Part shown: one piece after another, positions 61,300 to 64,000 of the stretch | Layout of the letters: every line of letters starts with the position of its first letter | How positions within the stretch are numbered: the first letter of the stretch is position 1 | Origin: Prorocentrum cordatum | Taxonomy: Eukaryota | Reading direction: 5' to 3' | Length of the DNA: 64,000 bases | Assembly: GCA_963575745.1 (NCBI GenBank) | Contig: CAUYUJ010000126.1 | Location: 496,001 to 560,000 of the forward strand | Notes under the pieces: generated by a model | Database searches by the model: none | The model's input: only the letters and a program-made list of their open reading frames with translations | Told to the model about the DNA's origin: nothing | Program-made: the position numbers and the translations under genes

Positions 61300-64000
61300 C
61301 TTGCCCCTCAGCCTACTCCAAGATTGTACTGAGCATACTGTTGTCGGTTCGCTCCCTATGGGCGGACCCAGCCCTCAGGCCACTGTTCTACTGAGCTGCG
61401 CAGATTCGAGAATCATGCGCCTTCCATCCCCATCATCATTCCAGCACATCTCGGCTCATGAATCAGCAGCACCAGGCCGGGGTCCTGGGGACAGTCTTTG
61501 ACGCTGATATCGTTCGCTTGGGGGTGTACACGAATGGGTCAAGAGGTTCGGACTGCAAGACGGTTGGAGGCCCACCTGCGTGGGCTCATATTGCGTGCGG
61601 TGCGACCACGAACAACCGATGTCGGTTGGAAGGTTACTTGGCAGGCCCTGGCCCCAGCTTGTGAGAGCAATACGACAGCGCGTCAGGAGCAGCAGAGTTC
61701 ATGGTAGCACTGTGGTATGCATCATGCTTATTGCAGGCGCTTGAGTGGTATCGCTCCCCCAAAGTACAGTGTAAGCTGATCACATGACGGAAGTAAGAGG
61801 CAGCCGCAGGAGTTGCTTCTGGCTCGTGTGGGCAATTGCCCAGGTTGCTAGGCGGTCCAACTAAGCTACTACGCAACTCTGTGGCGCTTGCTTGGCTATA
61901 GGCTGCTGGTCACTCTGATGACCCACTCAACGAACTGGCTGGTACACTGGCTAGGTTGGCTTCAATGGGCTTGGCTCCAACGAGGCATACGATGTGCCCT
62001 GGGCGCCCCTACAAGGAGATCTGGTTGCGGTTGCTTGGCATTGGCTGGCAGATCGGGTTCACAGCGGGGCTCGGATGCTGCCAAAAACTACGCGTGCTCG
62101 GTTGCCTCCCCTGTCAGCACCAGCGCCGCCGCCTGCCAGGCAAGAATCAAGGTGTGAATGATGCCGGCACGCCTTTTCAGGTGTCATTGTGTCAGGTCAG
62201 GCTTGCAATTGCGAATGCGCTTACGCTACGACCGAGGTACTGACCCACACGAGGAGGTGGTAGACGGATCAGGTGCACTTACTGAGATGTAGCAGGGTGA
62301 GACGTACCAGGTAGGATGCTGGCCTTGGCACACCAGTTTCACGATCGTGAGTACCTCATCGTGGGCACGCTTAAGGCTCGCCGGAAGCACAATGCATGTC
62401 GCAAGGCAGGCGAGGCTCGCTGGAAGCACAATGTATGTCGCAAGGCAGGCGAGGCACGCCGGAAGCACAGTGTACGTCACACAGTAGGCAACCCTCACGT
62501 GCTTACGGCAGCTGCGGAGCGCATTTGGCAATACGGTGCAGGACGGTGGCTCAACATCGGACACCAGACATCGGACATCGGCCTGCATCATGCACCGCGT
62601 GGGTGCTGGGGGGTGGTGCCGAAGCACCCATCAAATGCTAGCAAAAGTGAAGCAAGTACAACCACAGTAAGACAATGTAGTCATCATCGCAATGTGATAA
62701 AATGCATGACGAGGATGACTCGGGCTCAACAGTGACTTGAAACATCAGCCAGGCTGCAAACTTGCACGCGGACGCGTACGAGTACTGCCATACGACGCTC
62801 GACACACGCTTGCAGCAAGACGTGCACCTGGCCTGTACGTATGAATTTCCTGGCCGCGCACGCACCACGCACGCGCAACGAGGAGGATGAGACGGCGGCT
62901 TGGTGGGCACGCATGCAGCACGCGGTACTAGCAAGTCCAGATCCAGCCTCACTGTATCTCGCGATCGCTCGGACGTCCATTCCCCGTGCATGTTTCGATT
63001 GCGTGCGTTTTCTTTTCTCGTCAGATGAACCTGCTCGATGGACATCGCTGCGAAAAATGCGCACGTTCGAACGATGCCAAGGCATTGTCCCTAGGACGCT
63101 AATGCTACCACTGGTGCAGTAGAATCGACGTGTGCTGGGAGCGCAGGAGCAGAGGAGGAGAACAAGACGGGAGCGCCCGTTCCACCAACTCATGAGAACC
63201 AACGGACAAGCTGCTGTTCCGACTTTCGCACAACCATACTACGGCATCCAAGGGACGTAAGTATAACCAGGCGCAAGCCCGCAGCATCCGAGGAGACGCA
63301 TCGATTCCGCCACCTTGCGTCAAGCCTCTGTTGTGTCCGTCGGGCAGCGAGGGGAAGATCCAACAGTCGGCCCGTCAATGAGAGCTGACGACCACTACGT
63401 GGTAATGGCGGAAGTTCCAAGTCGCTAGTCAGATATCCAAGGACCTCGGAAGTTCTGGAATCGGGTCTACCACGATCCACAAAAGATTTCGGATCATGAA
63501 TGTTCAGCCCGCTATGTCCAGGCGATCAGAGAAATTCCGGAGCCAAGTTTTGAATGCCATCCGGATGACCATGCTAACTTCTTAAATCAGGAGCTGGCGA
63601 AGAAAGCTGCAAAGTGTTCCCCTGCGAAATGCTCCAGCTCAGGAAGAACGACTAGGCAGACATGGATCCCCGAGCTATCCCTGGGGCTACAGGATCGTAG
63701 GACGAATGGTAGGCACGACCTCAGAAGGTGTCTCCGATCCTAGCTAAACCAGCTACTCTTGGCAAGAAGGAAGAGAAATGGTTGTAATACAAGAAATATG
63801 CATGGAGATCCGCCACCGTGCCTTGAAACACTCTGTAGGGGCGGACCCCAAATTCTCAAATATATCGGGACTTCCCGTGTACCATCTGGGCTCCCCCGCG
63901 GCTTATCGCATGAATGGTTCGACCCAAGAAGGCCCAGGGACGGACCATAGTGTGCAAATTACCGCTGCTGTCTGTTGCCATGATTATTTCCGTGCCGCGG
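61300..64000 (+). mobile_element. decayed LINE fragment, RNase H then APE then linker; probably continues past window end
   Basis: RNase H: VYTNGS, AAEFMVA, GHSDDPLNELA; APE: LAIANALTL, QFHDREYLIVG, AHAP...WW, EEENKTG, VPTF, RRID, DDHYVV; linker RQTWI. Boundaries approximate. Confidence 0.75.

Overview
Eukaryotic, GC-rich, repeat-dominated DNA. An exact dinoflagellate spliced leader (TCCGTAGCCATTTTGGCTCAAG, minus strand, 46223-46244) and GC-donor micro-exons point to a dinoflagellate (Prorocentrum-like; inferred). Most long ORFs in the track are artefacts of simple repeats. Supported content: (1) a decayed Ty1/copia LTR retrotransposon (1-4427, minus) with a C5 cytosine-methyltransferase-like domain between protease and integrase; (2) a complete but decayed LINE (39501-46244, minus; ORF1, APE, RT, RNase H, oligo-A, 17-bp TSD) that begins exactly with a spliced leader followed by a relict leader; (3) an older LINE (35379-39250, plus) that also starts with a degenerate leader; (4) a third LINE (about 61.3 kb to window end) with RNase H upstream of APE; (5) an interrupted alpha-tubulin pseudogene; (6) a non-coding CCAAGA-minisatellite element family in head-to-tail arrays with GNA-triloop hairpins; (7) TA-flanked MITEs; (8) a probable minus-strand host gene of tiny exons spread over about 43 kb. 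All domain calls are motif recognition by eye; no database searches were run, and boundaries of degenerate repeats are approximate.
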